Part shown: piece by piece, positions 38,704 through 48,748 of the stretch
How the letters are laid out: every line of letters starts with the position of its first letter
Position numbering within the stretch: position 1 is the first letter of the stretch
Assembly: GCA_038087875.1 (NCBI GenBank)
Contig: JAXLNO010001025.1
Location: forward strand, 124,001-188,000
DNA: 64,000 nt
Source of the DNA: Malacoraja senta
Lineage: Eukaryota
Direction of reading: 5' to 3'
Position numbers and translations under genes: made by a program
The notes under the pieces: generated by a model
Told to the model about the DNA's origin: nothing
Seen by the model: the letters and a program-made list of their open reading frames with translations, nothing else
Database searches by the model: none

Positions 38704-39461
38704 CTGGGAGAAATCACAATTATTATGTCATCGTTCCCTGATGGAGCAGTTTGCCACTGAAGTATTTTGTGTTCATCTCCACCGAATGATATGCCGGTCC
38801 CATCAACATCAGGGAGATTTATCTACATTGGTGTAGGAATGAAGATTCCTATTGATCCCACAAGGAAACCTTGGTAAACAATGTGAATTAACGTTGACTT
38901 TTACATTATTTGACAGTTTTGTGATCATTGAACCTGTTACCAGCTATTTACTGAATCAAATGTATAAAATTCCCTCTGAGGAGAGGCAAATCAAGCTAAT
39001 GTTTGAGGTCAAAATGTTCAGTTCAGTTTAGTTTATTGTCACGTGTACCGAGGTACAGTGAAAAGCTTTTGTTGCGTACTAACCAGTCAGCGGAAAGTTC
39101 TTCACTTTATATTATAAATTAGAAGCAGCGGCATTATTTTATTTAGTCGCGAGTGGTCCGGAGTTGGATGAAGAAAGGTCTCGACCCGAAACCTCACCTC
39201 CCCATGTCCTCCAGGGATGTTGCCTGACCTGCTGAGTTACTCCAGCACTTTGTGTCCTTTCATTTAGTCACAACTGTTTAAATGCAGTTTGTATCCATGA
39301 GGTGTAACTAAACTCTCCTGCTGCTTTGTCAGAATGTTTTGTGTTGCAGCCGGCCTGTCCCAGAGGCTGCTACACATTGCCCAGACTGACTGTTGCCACG
39401 CTGGGGCAGGGAGAGAGCTGCTCTGCTGGACACTCTGTCACAGCTGAGGCACCCACTCACA

Positions 39462-39559
39462 TTAAGTACAAAGGCAGAGGGAAAGACCGTTTTGAAGAAG
39501 AGTATCGTGGATCTCCACCGTGTCTGGCCTGTCGACTGGCTTGGATTGCCCTCAAGTTA
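39462..39559 (-). CDS. IgW: Putative second secretory exon sec2, copy b
   Basis: As copy a; the two nucleotide differences between copies (CAA/CAG, CAC/CAT) are synonymous in this frame; candidate AATAAA at 39138-39143. Confidence 0.55.
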
Positions 39560-39699
39560 CTAAAGTAATGTCAAAGATACAATTATTTCTGTGGCCAGAC
39601 TCAATTACAAGCCCACAACAGGACTGCACCGTGTTACAGTGTTGCCCATGTGTGGTACAGTTTACAATGTGGAGAATGGAGTGAATCCCAGGAGCCTAC

Positions 39700-40017
39700 C
39701 TTGGATGTTCTTCACATCCTTCGTGATGATGGTGTTGGAGGCGCGATGATGCACTGTACAATTGAAGCGTGAGCCTGACTTCCAATCCTCTGTACTCGTG
39801 GTCAGGAAGTGGCTGGCACTGAAAGTGCCCCCCTGCTCCAGAGCAGTTGGTGCAGCACTGGTGTTGTTGGAGATCAGAGCACCGTCTTTACTCCAAGTGA
39901 CGTTGATGAGGTCTGGGTAGAATCCAGAGACCACACACTCGAGGGTGACCTTGTGGCTACGCTTGGTCTCTTCGTGTGCTGGAAGCAGCAGTCTGACTTC
40001 AGGTTTTTTGGGCTCAA
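39700..40017 (-). CDS. IgW: IgW CH4 exon, copy b
   Basis: Same splice sites and length (318 nt) as copy a; open frame. Confidence 0.93.
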
Positions 40018-40565
40018 CTGGAACAGAGGAAAATAAATGTTAAACTCTCTCATAGAGTCATAGAGTGATACAGTGTGGAAACAGGCCCTTCAGCCCAATT
40101 TGCCCACCCTGGCCAACATGTCCCAGTTACATTAGTCTCATCTGCCGTGTTTGGTCCCCATCCCTCCAAACCTGTCCCTGTCTGTTTTTTTAATGTTAGG
40201 ATAGTCCCTGCCTCAACTACCTGCTCTGGCAGCTTGTTTCATACATCCTCCAACATTTGCGTGAAAAAGTTACCCCTCAGATTCCTATTAAATCTTTCCC
40301 CCTTCACCTTAAACCTATGTCCTCTGGTACTCAATTCACCTACTCTGGGCAAGAGACTCTGTGCATCTATCCAATCTATTTCTCTCATGATTTTATACAC
40401 CTCAATAAGATATTCCCTCATCCTCCTACGCTCCAAGGAATAGAGTCCCAGCCCAGTCAACTTCTCCCTATAGCTCTCTAACCCTGGCAACATCCTTGTA
40501 AATCCCCTCTGTACCCTCTCTCTCTCTCTCTATCATGGCCATTTAATCACTGATCTGTTGCCCAC

Positions 40566-40868
40566 CTTTGTTATGGTTGGTCCGCGCTGACACTGGTGAG
40601 GATGATGAAGATTGTTGGGCGAAGCACACAAACTCCACCCCGCTGGTCCACTCCTCCACGCTGGTCCGGAGTTCACTGATCACTGGGTTTCTGGTGCCTT
40701 GATGGCTTGGTGTACGGGACACAACTCCTTTACTTCTCTCCTTTCCTCCCACCTTCCAGGTGAGATGGACCTGGCTCGGATCACTACAGATCACTGAACA
40801 TACCAGCGTAGCGGTCTTGTTGATCCAAATCTCTTTCATGCAAGGATTTTGAATGAAGACGGACAATA
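40566..40868 (-). CDS. IgW: IgW CH3 exon, copy b
   Basis: Same splice sites and length (303 nt) as copy a; open frame. Confidence 0.93.
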
Positions 40869-42723
40869 CTGTGGATCAGAAATGGAAAAGTTCAGAATTT
40901 TAGTTGAGACTCATCTGTTACTAAAGGGCCCGTCCCACTTACGCGACTTTTTCGGCGACTGCCGGCACCCGTCATAGGTCGTTGCAGGTCGCCGAAAATG
41001 TTCAACATGTTGAAAATCCAACGGCGACCAGAACAAGGTACGACTCATTGGGCGACTACTCATGACCATACAGGCTTCACTCTGCGACATGTTGTCAGGG
41101 TGTGGCCTGTATGGTCGTGAGTAATCTCCTCAGTCGCCCAAAGAGTCGTAGCATCTTTCTGGTCGCCGCTGAATTTTCAACATGTTAAAAATTTTCAGCG
41201 ACCTGCTGCGACTATGAGAGGTGCTGGCAGTCGCTGAAAAAAATTGCGTAAGTGGCTCAGGCTCTTTATGGAAAGCCAGGGCAGAAATCCAAACAGGTGT
41301 CTTATAAAAGAACTTTAAGATGTTTATGTCATCACATAAAAGACTGATCAGTGGCAGATCAAACTATACACTGGCTAGATTATTGCAAACAGAATAGCAG
41401 AAAAATTCATGTGAAATAACAGGTTGGGTATTTTGACTGAAAAAAACAGTACAAAGGAGCCGTCAACTGAGATTTGACTCTCTTTCCCATCAACATTATC
41501 AGCTGGTACATTACAGGGGCACAATTTGACATGTGCTTTGCTTGGAACCTCTGCAGCATCGATTAGTAATACTGAGCAACATGAATGAGAAAAGCAACTT
41601 TTCTCCCTGTGGGCCAAGCCTGGGATTCCCTCAGTTTAAGAATGTCATATGCTGATATTGCAGCCTTACTCTGACCATCTATCTCACCTTCTCTGAAACC
41701 TTCACCACAAACACAACCTTCAGTAAAGGTGTCATTCTTCCAACTCTGGGCACTCGTAACCCTGCACTCCTTTCACCTTTGTACCACTTGCTGCGTCACG
41801 TTGCAATGTTGCCCACAAGCACCAAAACTCACTCAGCAGATCCCATCTCTCCTCCTTGAAATGAGGAATGATGGTAAATGTGAATCCAGGAGTTGTCGAT
41901 CTGGTGACATGAGCTCCAAATTCCAACCCGTGATCTGGGAATTTCAATTCTATTAATAAATGCATTCTGACGTAAAACGCTTCCGTTGGTGGTGACGCAT
42001 GTCGATAGTTCACTGCTGCACTTCATGGAAGGGAATGTGTCAACATATCTGTTCTGGCCAGTATGCAACTCCACACCTGTAGCAAAATGGCTACAGAGTA
42101 GTGTCAGTTTAGTGTGACTGTGCTCCAGTGAAGACTTTGAGGCGTTTCAGTAATTGATAGAAACTATCTGAAATAAATTAGTGGCTGACTCTCCAGCGAC
42201 AGCAGAGCAAATCATAAATGGTTAGAAGTATCAAGGTCCCCCTCCTGCTGCAGATTGGGATGAAATTCTGCATTAGATGTATTTTCCCGTTTCAGAATCA
42301 TTGGGCGAGGAAGAGAATGATTTATTCATTCATTGCCCCTGACTGACCTGCACTGCCACTTGTCTTCTGAAGCAGCATCATGAGTCTAGTTGCACTCAGC
42401 TCACTCTCGTGTGGGCACGGTTTATACACACAGTCACTTGGACCACATGAGCTGTTTTTGCTCTCAAACACTTATTGTGGAGGGTGATTACGTTTGTGTC
42501 AGAATTGAAACTTTCAGTGAGCCTGGAGATTAAAGCCTTCAGCTGCGTAGAACGCAGAGGTCATACACAGTGTCTGTCTGTCAGGAGACATAACATTTGT
42601 CAATGTAAGATGTTGTCTATTTCACAACCCTTCATTCTTTAAGCAAAATGGCGAGCAAATTCCTTTCAAAAATAGTTATGTGCGTGAGATTAGTGTGGAT
42701 GACAGCTGAGGCACCCACTGGCA

Positions 42724-42821
42724 TTAAGTACAAAGGCAGAGGGAAAGACCGTTTTGAAGAAGAGTATCATGGATCTCCACCGTGTCTGGCCTGTCGACTG
42801 GCTTGGACTGCCCTCAAGTTA
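42724..42821 (-). CDS. IgW: Putative second secretory exon sec2, copy a (VT*GQSKPVDRPDTVEIHDTLLQNGLSLCLCT*)
   Basis: Phase-1 acceptor ~140 nt after C4a; ends in penultimate Cys like Ig tailpieces; TGA at codon 3. Confidence 0.55.
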
Positions 42822-42961
42822 CTAAAGTAATGTCAAAGATACAATTATTTCTGTGGCCAGACTCAATTACAAGCCCACAACAGGACTGCACCGTGTTACA
42901 GTGTTGTCCATGTGTGGTACAGTTTACAATGTGGAGAATGGAGTGAATCCCAGGAGCCTAC

Positions 42962-43279
42962 CTTGGATGTTCTTCACATCCTTCGTGATGATGGTGTTGG
43001 AGGCGCGATGATGCACTGTACAATTGAAGCGTGAGCCTGACTTCCAATCCTCTGTACTCGTGGTCAGGAAGTGGCTGGCACTGAAAGTGCCCCCCTGCTC
43101 CAGAGCAGTTGGTGCAGCACTGGTGTTGTTGGAGATCAGGGCACCGTCTTTACTCCAAGTGACGTTGATGAGGTCTGGGTAGAATCCAGAGACCACACAC
43201 TCGAGGGTGACCTTGTGGCTACGCTTGGTCTCTTCGTGTGCTGGAAGCAGCAGTCTAACTTCAGGTTTTTTGGGCTCAA
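42962..43279 (-). CDS. IgW: IgW CH4 exon, copy a
   Basis: Acceptor ctctgttccag|TT, donor CAAG|GTAGG, 318 nt; VEPKKPEVRLLLP...TLECVVSGFYP...W...EDWKSGSRFNC. Confidence 0.93.
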
Positions 43280-43826
43280 CTGGAACAGAGGAAAATAAAT
43301 GTTAAACTCTCTCATAGAGTCATAGAGTGATACAGTGTGGAAACAGGCCCTTCAGCCCAACTTGCCCACCCTGGCCAACATGTCCCAGTTACATTAGTCT
43401 CATTTGCCGTGTTTGGTCCCCATCCCTCCAAACCTGTCCCTGTCTGTTTTTTTTAATGTTAGGATAGTCCCTGCCTCAACTACCTGCTCTGGAAGCTTGT
43501 TTCATACATCCTCCAACCTTTGCGTGAAAAAGTTACCCCTCAGATTCCTATTAAATCTTTCCCCCTTCACCTTAAACCTATGTCCTCTGGTACTCAATTC
43601 ACCTACTCTGGGCAAGAGACTCTGTGCATCTATCCAATCTATTTCTCTCATGATTTTATACACCTCAATAAGATATTCCCTCATCCTCCTACGCTCCAAG
43701 GAATAGAGTCCCAGCCCACTCAACCTCTCCCTATAGCTCTCTAGCCCTGGCAACATCCTTGTAAATCCCCTCTGTACCCTCTCTCTCTCTCTGTCACGGC
43801 CATTTAATCACTGATCTGTTGCCCAC

Positions 43827-44129
43827 CTTTGTTATGGTTGGTCCGCGCTGACACTGGTGAGGATGATGAAGATTGTTGGGCGAAGCACACAAACTCCACC
43901 CCGCTGGTCCACTCCTCCACGCTGGTCCGGAGTTCACTGATCACTGGGTTTCGGGTGCCTTCATGGCTCAGTGTATGGGTCACAATTTCTTTACTTCTCT
44001 CCTTTCCTCCCACCTTCCAGGTGAGATGGACCTGGCTTGGATCACTACAGATCACTGAACATACCAGCGTAGCGGTCTTGTTGATCCAAATCTCTTTCAT
44101 GCAAGGATTTTGAATGAAGACGGACAATA
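43827..44129 (-). CDS. IgW: IgW CH3 exon, copy a
   Basis: Acceptor ctgatccacag|TA, donor AAAG|GTGGG, 303 nt; VLSVFIQNPCMKEIWINKTATLVC...W...EEWTSGVEFVC. Confidence 0.93.
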
Positions 44130-44805
44130 CTGTGGATCAGAAATGGAAAAGTTCAGAATTTTAGTTGAGACTCATCTGTTACTAAAGGGCCTGTCCCACT
44201 TACGCGACTTTTTCGGCGACTGCCGGCACCCGTCATAGGTCGTTGCAGGTCGCCGAAAATGTTCAACATGTTGAAAATCCAACGGCGACCAGAACAAGGT
44301 GCGACTCATTGGGCGACTACTCATGACCATACAGGCTTCACTCTGCGACATGTTGTCAGGGTGTGGCCTGTATGGTCGTGAGTAATCTCCTCAGTCGCCC
44401 AAAGAGTCGTAGCGTCTTTCTGGTCGCCGCTGAATTTTCAACATGTTAAAAATTTTCAGCGACCTGCTGCAACTACGACAGGTGCTGGCAGTCGCTGAAA
44501 AAAATTGCGTAAGTGGCTCAGGCTCTTTATGGAAAGCCAGGGCAGAAATCCAAACAAGTGTCTTATAAAAGAACTTTAAGATGTTTATGTCATCACATAA
44601 AAGGCTGATCAATGGCAGATTTTACTTCGGAGTCACGTGAGTGACTACGTGAAGAACCCCGCCAGTGCGCCTGTGCGTCATTACGTCAGACGCCTTGACG
44701 CAAACGGACGTGAGGAGCAGAGCTCCTCTAGTGGTTTGTAGTTTTTCAACTACAAGGTAAGTAAAAACTTTTTTCAGTATTTCCAGGTCCGTTTACTGTG
44801 GGTCT

Positions 44806-45693
44806 GTGGGGATTTTTTCCACAAATGCCATGGAAAAAACGGGCAGGGGGAAGAGGCGAGCGACTCAGCCGACAGAAAGTCGGGAAAGTCGGGAGTCTGC
44901 GGTTACAGACCAACCGCCTCTAACCCCGGTACAGTCGCCAGCGGTGAGCACAGCGACTGTGGACCTGGGGCAGTCAGCGCCTGTCGGGCGCAAGGCCAAG
45001 TTCAGATCGAAACGTGCCACGGAGGAGGAGTCCCAGGAAATTGAAATGGAAGTAGCTCCAGGATTAATACTGCTTTTGAGCGTATTGCCCAAATAGAAAG
45101 CCTGCTACATAGGCTGTTGGAGCGAAGCACACTCAGGCAAGAGTGTAATCCAAGCTGCTGGAAGCAGCTCAACAGCTCCTGGTACAGGGCTGATAGAATG
45201 CACCCTCAGGGATGAGGAGCGTGCTACGGGTCATGAGATTTCAGACCCCGACTCTGACGGTGAGGCTGTACAAGGCGAAGAACGGCAGCTGCCAGATGTT
45301 CCAACCCTGGCAGTACGATTCGCTGCCCCGTCAGGGTCAGGAGAGCCATTAGGAGAAGAATTGGCCTCCCTAATAAATTACTTGGTTTCCCATCAGCTGG
45401 AACAGCAGGAGATGGATGAGACTGCAAGAAAACATGAGACCCCAAGTAACTGTGTGTTGCTGAAAGCACCAGCAGTGAACCAAATTGTCTGGGATCAGTT
45501 GAGTATGACTATAACTCAGCAATTGAAATTGCAGAGAATATTAAAGCTGCTGGGTTCTGGAATAACTGCTTTGGCCAGAATAGCGGATTACAGCCAAGAG
45601 ATGACGGAGTTGCATCAGAAAGCACTGGGGTTGCTATGCAGCACCCACTCCGAGATCAATTGTCTGAGGAAGGTGCTATACGGCCTACTATGA
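44806..45693 (+). pseudogene. DIRS gag-like ORF (interrupted)
   Basis: Position 5' of RT inside the DIRS termini; broken into ORFs 44806-45096 and 45361-45693. Confidence 0.55.
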
Positions 45694-46024
45694 ATCCGAA
45701 ATTCGCAGCACTCTGCAAACCAAGTAATATACAATTACCCAACTTACTCTTTGGAGAGGATCGCGGGAGAGTTGGAAGATGAAGCGAAAACAGGATTGAT
45801 GAAAACATCAATGGTTGTAAAGTCTGTAAAGAGGAAGTATCCTTTCAGACGTCATAGGGATCCTGGACCAGGAACAAGTCGCTCATCAACGCAGGGACGT
45901 AGATGGCGGCCTGCAGTGGGAGCAAGAACCAGTGGTGCTGCTTCCGGGAGAATCCAGGGATCTCAGAGTACTCAAACGACTCAAGAGGTAGGTGGCCCTG
46001 GTTCTCATAGGAACATACTAACCG

Positions 46025-47445
46025 GATTAAGTCCAAAAGTTGGAGGCAGATTACGTCTCTTCTATAACAATTGGAAGAAGATTACTTCAGATGTGGTAAC
46101 TCTGAAAAATATACAAGGATTTCGAATTGAATTCAATCCAAATTATGATTTGCCTGTCCAGCATGTTCCTAGCAGAACTCTCCACTTTGCACAAAAAAGA
46201 AGTGATGGAGGTTCAAGCTGCGCTTCAAACCCTATATATAAAAGGTGTTATTGAAGAATCAGTCTACCAAATTCACCAATTTATGTCAAATATATTCCCT
46301 CGATCGAAAAAGGATGGAGGATGTAGGATTATTATAGACTTGACAAGTCTGAATCCTTTTAGACATTTTAAAATGGAGACATTTGTACTGCCAAACAACT
46401 TATTTCAGAAGCATGTTTTATGGCAACTATAGATTTAAAAGATGTATATTATTCAGTGTCTGTTCACTTGGAAGATATGAAGTATCTTAAATTTACATGG
46501 ATGAACCAGTTAGGGCAGTTCAAAGCTCTGCCTAATGGGTTAACGTCCGCTCCCAGAATATTCACAAAATTGTTAAAATCAATTCTGGGGTTGCTGAGAA
46601 GCCAGGGGCATGTACCAATGGCATACTTGGATGATGTCCTGATTATAGGAAGGACAAAACAGTCAACAGAAGCATCTGTTGCAGTTGTGAAATCAACTTT
46701 TGAAAGTTGGGGTTTTCTAAATTCATCCAAGGAAATCAAGGTTAACAACATGTACCTCGATTGATTATTTGGGGTTCACAATTGATTCAGCCCAAATGAA
46801 AATTACTTTGCCCAGTGAAAAAAGGGTGGAGTTGATTAAAGATGGCAGTAATCTGTTAAACGAGCAAAAACCCTTAATCAGACAGGTGGCTCGAGTACTG
46901 GGAAAATTAGTAGATTCCCAGCAGTCCAGTACGGACCATTACATTATCAACAGCTGCAGAGAGTTAAAGAACAGGCACTGAGAATGAATGCTGGTCATTT
47001 TGATAGAACCATGCAACTAACAACAAATGCTGTTTCTGATCTGCAGTGGTGGATTCTACATGTCTCAAGCAGTTCCGGCAAAGTGCTGATTGAACAACCT
47101 TCCATGATATTACAAACTGATGCCAGTGCACTAGGATGGGGTGCAACTGACTTATCATCTAGCTGCGGAGGCAGATGGAATCAGGAAGAGTCATTTTTAC
47201 TGCAGACATGGGGAATTAACTATTTGGAGCTTTTAGGATGTTTCTATGGACTCCAAGCTTATTGTTCTAACACAACTAAAAGGCATGTTCAGGTTCAAAT
47301 TGATAAACACAAACAGCAGTTGCCTATATTAATGATATGGGTGGAATTAAGTCGGTGTCATGTGACAAAATGGCTAATCAACTTTGGTCTTGGTGTATTG
47401 AAAAGAACATTTGGATTTCAGCTATCTATCTACCAGGTAGAATGA
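46025..47445 (+). pseudogene. DIRS reverse transcriptase / RNase H (frameshifted)
   Basis: Motifs KKDGGCRIIIDL, IDLKDVYY, FKALPNGLTSAPRIFTK, YLDDVL; RNase H TDASALGWG and INYLELL spread over several frames. Confidence 0.88.
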
Positions 47446-47891
47446 ACACGATAGCAGACACCAGGTCACGGAAGTTCCATGATAATAAAAAATGGATGTT
47501 GAATCGAGAGGTATTTAATGATATAGTATTCAGATTTGGAATGCCCGACATCGACTTGAATCATCAGCTATCGAGATATGTCTCATGGGAACCAGATCCA
47601 GGAGCAGTGGCGATTGATGCTTTCTCGCTACATTGGGGTGGTATGTTTTCATATATATTTCCACCTTTCTGCCTCATAAGCCAATATTTGCTTAAAATCA
47701 GGCAAGATGCTGCTTCAGGGGTATTGGTAGTACCAGATTGGCCTACACAGCCATGGTATTCGTTGATATTAGAATTAACAACACAAATGTTGATGAAAGT
47801 CCCAAAAAGGAGTAATTTATTGCTGCACCCTGTAACAGGGGAACAACATCCATTATATGATCGTTTGGATTTGTTGATTTGCAGGTTTTAA
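47337..47891 (+). pseudogene. DIRS DNA adenine-methyltransferase-like domain
   Basis: DAFSLHW...YIFPPF...VLVVPDWPTQPWY, typical of the DIRS1 MT domain downstream of RNase H. Confidence 0.75.
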
Positions 47892-47899
47892 GAAGGCCT

Positions 47900-48748
47900 T
47901 TTCTGGGGCGAGGACTGTCTGAGCGTACTGTGGACATGCTTACGGCAGCCTGGAGGAAGAGCACTCAAAAACAGTACCTTTCTTATATTAAGAAATGGGA
48001 AGAGTTCTGTGTACAAAAGAATGTGCAATATAATACTGCAGATATTTCAAATGTTTAGAATTTCTGTCAAAACTTTATTATGATGAAGGTCTGAGTTGTA
48101 GTGTAATGAATTCAGCCAGAAGTACATTGTCCTCATATTTGGATTCAGAAAGAAACCCAATTGGGTCACACCAAATTGTTTCCAGACTAATGAACGGAAT
48201 CTTTAATTCCAAACCACCGAAACCTAGGTACATGACAATCTGGGATGTAAGTGTGGTACTGCAACTACTTCGTGAATGGTCACCAAGTGTGTCTTTACCT
48301 TTGGCCAAGCTCAGTATGAAAATAGTCAGGCTTATGGCATTAGTGACAGCACAACGGGTGGAAACACTTGGAAAATTACAAATAGACAGGTGTGACAGGA
48401 TTTAAAATTGTGCTAGCAGCATATCCAAATGATCCTTGTTTCTGTATTAAGACATATTTGTTACAATACATTGAGGTCACAAAGAATTTGAGAAATACGG
48501 AAACTGGGTTGTTGATCACACACAAGAAACCACACAAGAGAGTTTCAATACAGACTATTTCCAGATGGATAAAAGAAGTCTTAACAGCTGCTGGTATTAA
48601 CACTTATGTTTTTACGTCTCACTCGACTAGGGCAGCAGAAACGTCCGCGGCCAGAGCAAAAGACGTCCCCGTCGACCATATCCTCGCAGCCGCCGGGTGG
48701 TCCAATGAGTTGATGTTTCAACATTTTTTACCATCGGCCGATTGTTAA
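47900..48748 (+). pseudogene. DIRS tyrosine recombinase (frameshifted)
   Basis: PPKPRYMTIWDV, LMALVTAQRV, TISRWIK, HSTRAA, AAGWS motifs across ORFs 48106-48405 and 48392-48748. Confidence 0.85.
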
